Below are positions 34,901-46,900 of a stretch of DNA of 64,000 nt, in pieces (positions within the stretch are counted from its first letter, which is position 1; every line of letters begins with the position of its first letter). The DNA lies in the NCBI GenBank assembly GCA_002269645.1, contig NIVC01002884.1:43428-107427 (forward strand), read 5' to 3'. The notes under the pieces are model-generated. The model was given only the letters and a program-made list of their open reading frames with translations, made no database searches and was not told the DNA's origin. A program made the translations under genes and the position numbers. The stretch is from Macrostomum lignano (taxonomy: Eukaryota).

Positions 34901-37900
34901 ATGTCTTTGCTACTGATACTTTTAATTGTATCGATAATTTTTGTCGGCTGCTGTTTCGCCTTCGAATTCATGACAGAAGAGAGCAAGGTGAGGCTAGGCG
35001 AGGCAGGGCGAGTCGAGGCGGGGCGAGGTGCGGTGTGAATCGGCTGTTTATATACCCGGCAGTTGCATGTAGTTGCCAACTACAAGGTAGTACCTTGTAG
35101 TTGGCAACTACAAGGTACTACCTTATAACTTCAGCCAATGGAGAGAATGGAAAGCACATGTGGAGCGCATGGCATGGGTTTTATTTTTTACGTAGAACTT
35201 ACGTAAACAAGGTACTACCTTGTAGTTGGCAACTACGATCTGATTTCGCGTTGCGAATTGAATGTGGGGAGAAGAATGCAGATTATTTTCTGATTGTTTT
35301 AGAAATGTTATGGGTGGATGTCGGTGTCAATGAGCATAACAGGTGTTAGTGGACACCTGCTCTGATTCTGTCAGGGATAATAATGGATGGATTTAATAGG
35401 ATTATGTTCGAAGTTTTCGGAGCAAGTGCGACCCCTCCCCTTTTTTCAAGATTCTGTCAGGGATAATATGGATGGATTTAGGTGGATTATGGAGGATGTT
35501 TTGTGAGCGAGTGCGACCCCCCTTTTTTTTCTGATTCTGTCAGGGATAATATGGATGGATTTAGGTGGATTATGGAGGATGTTTTGTGAGCGAGTGCGAC
35601 CCCCCTTTTTTTTCTGATTCTGTCAGGGATAATATGGATGGATTTAATGGGATTACGTTCGAAGTTTTTGGAGCAAGTGCGACCCCCTTTTTTTCTGATT
35701 CTGTCAGGGATAATATGGATGGATTTAATGGGATTACGTTCGAAGTTTTTGGAGCAAGTGCGACCCCCTTTTTTTTCTGATTCTGTCAGGGATAATATGG
35801 ATGGATTTAGGTGGATTATGGAGGACGTGAAAAATTTTGTCCCAGAAGCCCCCTCATGCCTTCTACTTGGCTGACCTCGTACTCGAACTTTTTTATTCGA
35901 ATTTAGTTGTTTGAAAGGACGGAGGGTCAATCCCTATTAAGCATGGCCGCATAGCTTATCTTAAACGAGCAATATTTTTAGTCATTTACATAACCCCTTT
36001 ATTCATTCATTCAGCGAAAGCAAGAAGAGATCTCTATGAAAGACGACGATATGCTAATTCTGATGAAGAGTCACGAAGAATCCGTTAAAAAGCTGTTCAA
36101 TGGTGAGTGCCCGTGTTTAAAAAAGCAGAAATGCAATCAGTTTCTTCTATGTATATAATATGATCACTCAAATATGATATTGTCAGAGGCCAGCAAGCAA
36201 AATGTTGACACAATATTCGAATCGCAACTGCGCGACTGCCAAGAGGCTCTTCGACAGAAAATTGAACGACTTAAAGAGGCGGAAGCTCAGCTGTTGGAGC
36301 AGCAGAGTCAACTGGCTGAGAGAGACTTTGCTGTCAAAGAGCTCAAGAATGAGCTGAACAATTTAAGGGTAAATATGCTACTCTTAACAGATTTTAAGGC
36401 AGATGCAGGGCTTCACTGAAGAGTGAGCAGGCAGATGCAGGGCTTCACTGAAGAGTGAGCAGGTAGATGCAGGGCTTCACTGAAGAGTGAGCGGGTAGAT
36501 GCAGGGCTTTACTGAAGAGTGAGCAGGTAGATGTAGGGCTTCACTGAAGAGTGAGCAGGTAGATGCAGGGCTTCACTGAAGAGTGAGCAGGTAGATGCAG
36601 GGCTTCACTGAAGAGTGAGCAGGTAGATTTAGTGCTTCACTGAAGAGTGAGCAGGTAGATGCAGGGCTTCACTGAAGAGTGAGCAGGTAGATTTAGTGCT
36701 TCACTGAAGAGTGAGCAGGTAGATGCAGGGCTTCACTGAAGAGTGAGCAGGTAGATGCAGGGCTTTACTGAAGAGTGAGCAGGTAGATGCAGGGCTTCAC
36801 TGAAGAGTGAGCAGGTAGATGCAGGGCTTCACTGAAGAATGAGTGGGTAGATGCAGTGCTTCAATGTTAAATTATTTGAAAAAAAATTACGTATTTTTCT
36901 GTTGTATTCCAGAAATCCGAAGCTGCAGCATCTTCCGGAGCCGCTGAGGCGCTGGCAGCAGCGGACGAGGCGGCCCGCAAGGAGCTGCAGGCGGAGCGCA
37001 AGCGGCATCTGACCGCCAAAGCGAAGGTCAAATCGTTGGAAAAACAATTGGCTAAAGTTAAGGAGGAGCAGGCTGAGGTAAATCAGTGTTATTCTGCCGA
37101 TGTGATGATCACAATGATTAGATTGTTGTGTTCTGAATACAGCTTATATTGTTAATTGTTCTACCAGGCCGCTAGCCAATGGGCTCGCGAGGCGGACGAG
37201 CTTCGATCTAAGGCGGTCCAGTTGGAGACGGAGCGCAGCAGCCTGGAGCAGCGCCTCGCGCAGCTGCAGGCTGACGCAGACGCCGTTTCCGCTGCCGCCG
37301 TGGCGCCAAAGCCGGCGGAAGATCTGCGCGTCGAATTGCAAGCGGAAAAGAAGAAGCATTTATCAACTAAGGCTCGAGTGAAATCATTAGAGAAGCAGTT
37401 GAAAGCTTTGGATGCTCAGTTGCAGCAACAGCAAACAAAGGCGGGGGCAACACGGGTGAGTGTTTGTAGTATTTGGTGCTGAACTTCATGCAGTTGAACA
37501 AATTAAAATCAAACAATTGGATTTTCCCGATCAAGTGGATCCGGCTGAAAAAATCGATAAGAACACGTTAATAACTATTAGGCGGTGGTTATTTAATAAG
37601 TAAAGATACTCGTATTTTCAAACATTGTCATACTGAACATTTAGCATTGGTATTTAATGCATCCTTAAACCCCAAACTGGTTTGAAGTAAATGAGTATAC
37701 TCGAATGCGTTGACTATTGTCAATCTGATGCAAATCTCTATTGCAGGACACTGGTTCCGAAAGCAGCCCCGAGCATCCGATAGAAACCAGCGAAGTGCAA
37801 CAATCGGCTTCGAGTGGCGGACGCAGAGAAGATGCAGACGTTAGCGGACAGTTGTTGAGAGAGAAAACTGAAGAGCTAGTCAAGCTGCAAGACGCTTACT

Positions 37901-40900
37901 CGCAAATTTCTGCATCTTCGCTGTCTCTACAAAAGAAATATGATGAGCTCAAACAACTACATGAACGGCTAGAATCGGAGAATATACGATTAACTGAGCA
38001 AAACTCTGCTATGATTGAGCGCGTCAAATCAGCTGATAGTCGAATTGCTGAACTGACAGAATCTGTCGAACAGCTTGGCTCAGAAAATTCTTTGTTGCGG
38101 GAGCAAGCAGCCCAATTGAGCGATAGCGTCAAGGCTGCACAATCCAGCATCCATGAGCAAGTAGGAACGCTCAACTCTGAAAAGCTTCAACTAGCTGAGC
38201 AGAATACTCGATTGAATGAGCAAATACAAAGCTTGGAATCTGAATGCGCAAATTTCAAACAAGTTATCGAACAGCTGGAGTCAGAAAAACAATCCATGTC
38301 TGCGCGTAACTTAGAAATTGCAGAAAGGTTGACCGAGAATGAAGCGCTTGTTGACGAATTAAACCAAATGTCGGCTAAAGTAGACACCGAAAGGTCAGCG
38401 CTTTCTGTAGAGGTTACAAGGCTAAATGATGAGCTAGCGCAATCGAAATCCGGCTTTCAGGAGTTGAAACAACAATTTGAAGACTTGCAATCGGAGAAGC
38501 AGCTTCTTTTTGAACATAAAGACAGCTTGCAGTCACAGAAGTCTCAATTAGAAGTCCAAGTTGCAGATCTCAATGAAAAGCTGAGCTTTAGTGAATCTAA
38601 CTTCAGCGAGCTTAAACAACAGATTGACGGCTTGCAATCGGAAAAGTCTCAGTATGCTGATCAAGTTGCAGATCTCACTGAGAAGCTGAGCGTCAGTGAG
38701 GCCAACTTCAGCGAGCTTAAACAACAGATTGACGGCTTGCAATCGGAAAAGTCTCAGTATGCTGATCAAGTTGCAGATCTCACTGAGAAACTTAGCGTTA
38801 GTGAGGCCAACTTCAGCGAGCTTAAACAACAGATTGACGGCTTGCAATCGGAAAAGTCTCAGTATGCTGATCAAGTTGCAGATCTCACTGAGAAGCTGAG
38901 CGTTAGTGAGGCCAACTTCAGCGAGCTGAAACAACAGATTGACGGCTTGCAATCGGAAAAGTCTCAGTATGCTGATCAAGTTGCAGATCTCACTGAGAAG
39001 CTGAGCGTCAGTGAGGCTAACTTCGGCGAGCTTAAACAACAGATTGACGGCTTGCAATCGGAAAAGTCTCAGTATGCTGATCAAGTTGCAGATCTCACTG
39101 AGAAGCTGAGCGTCAGTGAGGCTAACTTCGGCGAGCTTAAACAACAGATTGACGGCTTGCAATCGGAAAAGTCTCAGTATGCTGATCAAGTTGCAGATCT
39201 CACTGAGAAGCTGAGCGTCAGTGAGGCCAACTTCAGCGAGCTTAAACAACAGATTGACGGCTTGCATTTGGAAAAGTCTCAGTATGCTGATCAAGTTGCA
39301 GACCTAACTGAGAAACTTAGCGTTAGTGAGGCCAACTTCAGCGAGCTGAAACAACAGATTGACGGCTTGCAATCGGAAAAGTCTCAGTATGCTGATCAAA
39401 TTGCAGATCTCACTGAGAAGCTGAGCGTCAGTGAGGCTAACTTCGGCGAGCTTAAACAACAGATTGACGGCTTGCAATCGGAAAAGTCTCAGTATGCTGA
39501 TCAAGTTGCAGATCTCACTGAGAAGCTGAGCGTCAGTGAGGCCAACTTCAGCGAGCTTAAACAACAGATTGACGGCTTGCAATCGGAGAAGTCTCAGTAT
39601 GCTGATCAAGTTGCAGATCTCACTGAGAAGCTGAGCGTCAGTGAGGCTAACTTCAGCGAGCTTAAACAACAATTAGACAGTCTGCAAGCGGAGAAGTCCC
39701 AGCTGGAAGACCAAGTAGCAGACATCACTGAGAAGCTGGGAATTAGTGAGTCTCACTCCAGTGAGCTGAAGCAACAGATTGAAGGTTTGCAGTCGGAGAA
39801 GTCTCAGTATGCTGATCAAGTCGCAGACCTCACTGAGAAGCTGAGTGTCGGAGACTCGAAGTCAAGTGATTTGAAGCAACAGGTTGACAGCTTACTGTCC
39901 GAGAAGTCCCAATTAGAAGAGCAAGTCTCAGGCCTCACTGAGAAGCTGACCGCTAGCCAGTCTAACTCCAGTGAGCTGAAGAAACAGATTGACAGCTTGC
40001 AGTCGGAGAATTTGCAATTAGAAGGCCACGCCGCGCACCTAAATGAAAAGCTCTCAGTCAGTGAATCGAACTCCAATGAACTAAAGCTACAGATCGATAC
40101 CTTACGGTCTGAAAAATCCTCAATAGTTGAACAATGTACTGACTTAAGTGAGAAGTTAAAAGCCCATGAATTAACTTCTAGTGATTTTAAGCATCAAAAA
40201 GACAGTTTGTCTGCCGAAAATTCTCAGTTGGCCGACCAAATTACAGTTCTCACCGAAAAGCTGAAAAGCAGCGACTCAAACTCAACTGAACTTAAACAGC
40301 ATATAGATCTTTTGTCGAAAGAAAAAGATCAATTCGCAAATGAAGTTGCTGATCTTACTGAAAAGTTGCGAAATAATGAGTTGAACTCTGAAGGGCTTAA
40401 AAAACAGATTGAAAGCTTTCAGTCGGAAAAATCCCAACTCACGGACAACATTATAGAACTTAATGAGAAATTGAGAGTTAGCGAGTTAAGCCTGAGCGAT
40501 ATTAAGCAGATTTCCGATAGTCTGTCTTCTGAAAAAGCTGCGTTAACTGAACAAGTCGCTGATCTCAACAAAAAGCTAAGTGAAAGTGAATTAAGTTCAA
40601 AGAAAATGAAGCTGCAAATCGATAGTTTACAGTCAGAGAATTCACAGTTCGTTAACCAAATTGCTGACTTCAGAGAAAAGCTGCAAGTTCACGAATCGAC
40701 TACCATGGACTTTAAAAATCAGATTGACGATTTGTCGTCGGAAAAATCTTTGCTGGCTAACCAAGTCGAAGCACTCACGAATAATGTGAACACCACCGAG
40801 TCCAACTGTAGTGAACTAAAGCTGCAAGTCGAAAACTTGTTGACTGAAAAATCTGAATTAGAAGACCAAGTTGCACATTTAACTGAAAAGTTAAGAGTCA

Positions 40901-43900
40901 ATGAGTCAGCATCAAGTGAAGTTACTGAACAGGTCGATATTTTATCAACAGAAAAGTCTAGACTTACTGACCAAGTCACAGAACTCAACAGTAAGCTAGA
41001 AGTGTACGAGTCAACCATGAATGAGCTGAAGCTGCAAATAGACAATTTGCAGTCGAATAGGTCACAACTCGTTGAGCAAGTCAGGGGGCTCGATGAGAAG
41101 CTACAGGCGAGTGAGTCGAACTCGAGCGAGATGAAACTTCAGTTGGACAGTTTGCAGTCGGAGAAGTCGCAACTCGTTGATCAAGTCAGAGAGCTCGATG
41201 AGAAGCTACAGGCGAGTGAGTCGAACTCGAGCGAGATGAAACTTCAGTTGGACAGTTTGCAGTCGGAGAAGTTGCAACTCGTTGATCAAGTCAGAGAGCT
41301 CGATGAGAAGCTACAGGCAAGTGAGTCGAACTCGAGCGAGATGAAACTTCAGTTGGACAGTTTGCAGTCGGAGAAGTCGCAACTCGTTGATCAAGTCAGA
41401 GAGCTCGATGAGAAGCTACAGGCAAGTGAGTCGAATTCGAGCGAGATGAAACTTCAGTTGGACAGTTTGCAGTCGGAGAAGTCGCAACTCGTTGATCAAG
41501 TCAGAGAGCTCGATGAGAAGCTACAGGCGAGTGAGTCGAACTCGAGCGAGATGAAACTTCAGTTGGACAGTTTGCAGTCGGAGAAGTTGCAACTCGTTGA
41601 TCAAGTCAGAGAGCTCGATGAGAAGCTACAGGCAAGTGAGTCGAACTCGAGCGAGATGAAACTTCAGTTGGACAGTTTGCAGTCGGAGAAGTCGCAACTC
41701 GTTGATCAAGTCAGAGAGCTCGATGAGAAGCTACAGGCAAGTGAGTCGAATTCGAGCGAGATGAAACTTCAGTTGGACAGTTTGCAGTCGGAGAAGTCGC
41801 AACTCGTTGATCAAGTCAGAGAGCTCGATGAGAAGCTACAGGCAAGTGAGTCGAACTCGAGCGAGATGAAACTTCAGTTGGACAGTTTGCAGTCGGAGAA
41901 GTCGCAACTCGTTGATCAAGTCAGAGAGCTCGATGAGAAGCTACAGGCAAGTGAGTCGAATTCGAGCGAGATGAAACTTCAGTTGGACAGTTTGCAGTCG
42001 GAGAAGTCGCAACTCGTTGATCAAGTCAGAGAGCTCGATGAGAAGCTACAGGCGAGTGAGTCGAACTCGAGCGAGATGAAACTTCAGTTGGACAGTTTGC
42101 AGTCGGAGAAGTCGCAACTCGTTGATCAAGTCAGAGAGCTCGATGAGAAGCTACAGGCAAGTGAGTCGAACTCGAGCGAGATGAAACTTCAGTTGGACAG
42201 TTTGCAGTCGGAGAAGTCGCAACTCGTTGATCAAGTCAGAGAGCTCGATGAGAAGCTACAGGCGAGTGAGTCGAACTCGAGCGAGATGAAACTTCAGTTA
42301 GACAGTTTGCAGTCGGAGAAGTCGCAATTTGTTGAACAGGTTGCACAACTCACCGAAAAGCTTAGCGTCGTTGAGATAGAGAAGGTTGAGGAAATCAGCC
42401 GTCTTAAGCTTAGTTCTGATGACTTGATGCTACAGTTAAATAATTTGCGGTCTTCTTCAGATGCATCTGTTCAAGAATTAGCGGCCAGATTGGAAGAGTC
42501 TAGCAAAATGGAGCAAGAGCTCAAATCTAGCCAGAAAGAAGTCTTAAGTTTGAAGGAACAGCTTCAAGTATCAGTCGAGCAGATCAACACTCTTACACAG
42601 GAAAAGTCTGATTTGATGGAGGATGCGATGGAAGCTAAGCGAGTTTTAGAAGAGGCATCTGATCGCATTGAAGATCTTGAATCAACGGAAGAAAAGTGTG
42701 CTGCGTTAGAACAAACTGTCGAAAATCTACAAGTCTCGCTTACTACTTCTGAGAATGAATGCCAGAGTCTTCGAACACTGTTGCAGACAGTTAGCGACTC
42801 AAAGGGCGATTGTGAAATGCAAATCTGGGAACTAGAGGAAACTAAGAAGTCTCTAATTACTCAGCTTTCCCAGGCAGATGCTGAAAGCCGGGAACTGTCT
42901 GAGAAACTTCAAAAGTCTGTGGTTGATCAAATCGGCATACAATCTGAGCAAGCTCACTTGCATAACCAACTAGATACTAGCGAGCGCAAACAACAAAAAC
43001 AAGCTGAAGAGATAGAACAGCTTAGAAAAAATTTAGACGAAGTAACTGAGCAGCTGGCTAACGTCATCCAACAGCGGGATCGAATTCAGTCCCTGCGCAG
43101 TGAAGAAGTAGAAGCTTTGAAAGCTGAATGCAAAAGCTTGGACAAGCAGCTTTATGAGAGGAATCACGAAGTTGAAAGCATTAAAGCTACACTGCAGAAG
43201 TTGAACCAGCAAGTCGAAATCATTGATGATCTAAGTCAACAAACTGTTTCGCTTCAAAGTCAACTTGTTGAAGCCCAAGATTCAATAGCTGAACTTAGCG
43301 AAGAGAATTCCAAGCTACGAGATCGATTACAAGCTTCTTTTGCGGAGAATTCCGATCTTAAAGAGTCGCTAAATTCCGTTACTTGTCAAGCTGATGAGTG
43401 GCATTCATCTTTGAGCAGCAGTCAGCGCGAGCTAGAGAGTTTGCAGAAAACGCTTGCTTATGCTGAATCAGAGTTTGCTGAAGCGCGGCAAGAGAATACA
43501 GGGTTTCAAGAAAAAATCACCCGAACTATGGAAGAAATGCGAGGGCTAAAAGAAAAGTGTGCTAGACAAGAAGAACAACTGCAGCGTATGGAAGATGAAA
43601 ACGCAAGTATGTCAGTGCAGTGTGCTAATCAGAAGAAGAATTGTCTGGAACTCGAGTCTCAGCTTGAATCAGCAAATGCCGAGCTTAAAGCTCTTCAAAA
43701 AGAACACTCTGCTTTAGAATCTTATAATGATGAGATTTCTGCAAAGTTTAAAGAGAATCAAGAACAGCTAGAACAGCTGGATGATCAACTAGACCGATTG
43801 ACGGCTGAAAAGCAAACGATGCTTCAAAATTACAAGCTTCTACAGGAAGAGAATCAATCGTTACACAGCCTTATTGACTCTCTTAAGTCGAGCAATAGTG

Positions 43901-46900
43901 AATTCCAAGACAGACTCGACTCATCCTTAGGCGATGTCAAGTCTTTGTCTGACAGTGTTAATGAGCTGAAGCAGAATGAAGACAAGTTGCAGGATGATCA
44001 GCGCAAATTAATTGCTACTAATGAGCAGCTAGAAGTCAAAATTTCTGGCTTAGAAGATGACAACTCCCAACTTAGGCAAGTAGTCAGCGATTTAAAAGCA
44101 ATGGTTGAAGAAGTGGAGACAAAACTCGCAGAGAAATCCATGGAAGCAAGCAACTATCAATCGGCCCAACAGCAAATGCAAGCCAATGTCGAACAACTGA
44201 GTGCCGATCTCCATAACAAAGACGAGATGATTTCGAAGGTAAGTTCAACAGCTTCTTTGAATTCAAATCTATTGGCTCGCGTAACTGACTCCCTATCAAG
44301 TTTACGAAGTTCGGTTGCTCAGCTGTGTGCCGAAACGAATTTAAATCTATCAGTGGAAACTACCGAAACGTCATTAGAAGGCACTGTTGAAAGCATTGCT
44401 CAGTTTATATCCTCATCTTCTAGTGCTTTAAGACATTTAGAAAGTCAGTTTACGAGCCAGAAGCTTCAACTTGAACAAGTAACCCGTGATTTGAATGAAA
44501 TTTCCAAAGAAAAAAGTGAATTAGAATCACTGCTAGAGGTCAGTCAAAAATCACTTGCGGCAAGTGAAAACCAAGTTAAAGAAATAACCGCTAATTATGA
44601 AAAGACGCATAACAGACTGGAAACGATGAAGCAAAAAATGAACAAAATCTGTCAAACTATATCTGATCAAGAAAGCACCAATCAGCAAATATCCTCTCAA
44701 AATGATCAATTGCAACAAACTATCATGAATCTTAAAGAACAACTTAAAATGCAAAAACAACAAGCTCGTGATGAGGCAGCAGCTAAAATATCTGAACTAA
44801 CAAGTTTACTTGAAAGTTCGGAAAGGACAGTAGATCAGCTACAGACCGAGAAACTTGATCTTGAGCAGTCCAATGAAAATTTGGCAAGGAGCTTGTCTGA
44901 GTCAAATGATGCCAAGAGCTCGATTGAAGAGCAACTCCGACTGCTTGGCGAAGCTAAGCAGCGAGACGAAGAGAAACTTGGTCGGGCTGCCGAAGTGCAC
45001 GAGAAAATGACAAACAAGGTGAAGAAAGTTGTGGAGTCAAACAAGATACAGAAGGCTAAGATAAAAGAGCTGGAAGAAACGGTCGGCGCTCTTCAGAGTG
45101 AGATTAGTGAGTCAAACGAGAAAATCTCAACTCAAAGCGCGATAATCCAAACACTGACAGAGAGAAAACGCGGTCTAGAAGAAGAGCTCGAATCGAAATC
45201 GAAGCGAGTCACAGAGCTGGAAGCCTCAGTCAATGAGCAGACTGACAAGAACAGTGCCCTGGTAGAAGAGCTTGAATCGAAATCCAAGCGAGTCACAGAG
45301 CTGGAAGCCTCAGTCAATGAGCAGACTGACAAGAACCGTGCTCTGTTAGAAGAGCTCGAATCGAAATCCAAGCAAGTCACAGAGCTGGAAGCCTCAGTCA
45401 CTGAGCAAGCTGAGAAGAACCGTGCTCTGGAAGAAGAGCTCGAATCGAAATCCAAGCAAGTCACCGAGCTGGAGGCCTCTGTCAATGAGCAGACTGACAA
45501 GAACAGTGCCCTGGTAGAAGAGCTCGAATCGAAATCCAAGCAAGTCACAGAGCTGGAAGCCTCAGTCAATGAGCAGACTGAGAAGAACCGTGCTCTGGTA
45601 GAAGAGCTCGAATCGAAATCCAAGCAAGTCACAGAGCTGGAAGCATCTGTCATTGAGCAGACTGAGAAGAACCGTGCTCTGGTAGAAGAGCTCGAATCGA
45701 AATCCAAGCAAGTCACCGAGCTGGAGGCCTCTGTCAATGAGCAGACTGACAAGAACCGTGCTCTGGTAGAAGAGCTCGAATCGAAATCCAAGCAAGTCAC
45801 CGAGCTGGAGGCCTCTGTCAATGAGCAAGCTGAGAAGAACAATGCTCTGGTAGAAGAGCTCGAATCGAAATCCAAGCAAGTCACCGAGCTGGAGGCCTCT
45901 GTCAATGAGCAAGCTGAGAAGAACAATGCTCTGGTAGAAGAGCTCGAATCGAAATCCAAGCAAGTCACCGAGCTGGAGGCCTCTGTCAATGAGCAAGCTG
46001 AGAAGAACCGTGCTCTGGTAGAAGAGCTCGAATCGAAATCCAAGCAAGTCACAGAGCTGGAAGCATCTGTCATTGAGCAGACTGAGAAGAACCGTGCTCT
46101 GAAAGAAGAGCTCGAATCGAAATCCAAGCAAGTCACCGAGCTGGAGGCCTCTGTCAATGAGCAAGCTGAGAAGAACAATGCTCTGGTAGAAGAGCTCGAA
46201 TCGAAATCCAAGCAAGTCACCGAGCTGGAGGCCTCTGTCAATGAGCAAGCTGAGAAGAACAATGCTCTGGTAGAAGAGCTCGAATCGAAATCCAAGCAAG
46301 TCACCGAGCTGGAGGCCTCTGTCAATGAGCAGACTGAGAAGAACTGTGCTCTGGTAGAAGAGCTCGAATCGAAATCCAAGCAAGTCACAGAGCTGGAAGC
46401 ATCTGTCATTGAGCAGACTGAGAAGAACCGTGCTCTGAAAGAAGAGCTCGAATCGAAATCCAAGCAAGTCACCGAGCTGGAGGCCTCTGTCAATGAGCAG
46501 ACTGACAAGAACCGTGCTCTGGTAGAAGAGCTCGAATCGAAATCCAAGCAAGTCACCGAGCTGGAGGCCTCTGTCAATGAGCAAGCTGAGAAGAACCGTG
46601 CTCTGGTAGAAGAGCTCGAATCGAAATCGAAGCAAGTCACCGAGCTGGAAGCCTCTGTCAATGAGCAGACTGAGAAGAACCGTGCTCTGGTAGAAGAGCT
46701 CGAATCGAAATCCAAGCAAATCACAGAGCTGGAGGCCTCTGTCAATGAGCAGACTGAGAAGAACCGTGCTCTGGTAGAAGAGCTCGAATCGAAATCCAAG
46801 CAAATCACAGAGCTGGAAGCCTCTGTCAATGAGCAGACTGAGAAGAACCGTGCTCTGGTAGAAGAGCTTGAATCGAAATCCAAGCAAATCACAGAGCTGG

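Larger units (their letters stand above)
19550..35867. mobile_element. Complete Polinton/Maverick (adintovirus-like), 16,318 bp
   Basis: 6-bp TSD TGGCTG (19544-19549 and 35868-35873). Termini AGTAGAAGG...CCTTCTACT. About 630-bp TIRs. Encodes pPolB, DDE integrase, A32/FtsK ATPase, adenain-like protease, and major and minor capsid proteins. Confidence 0.98.
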
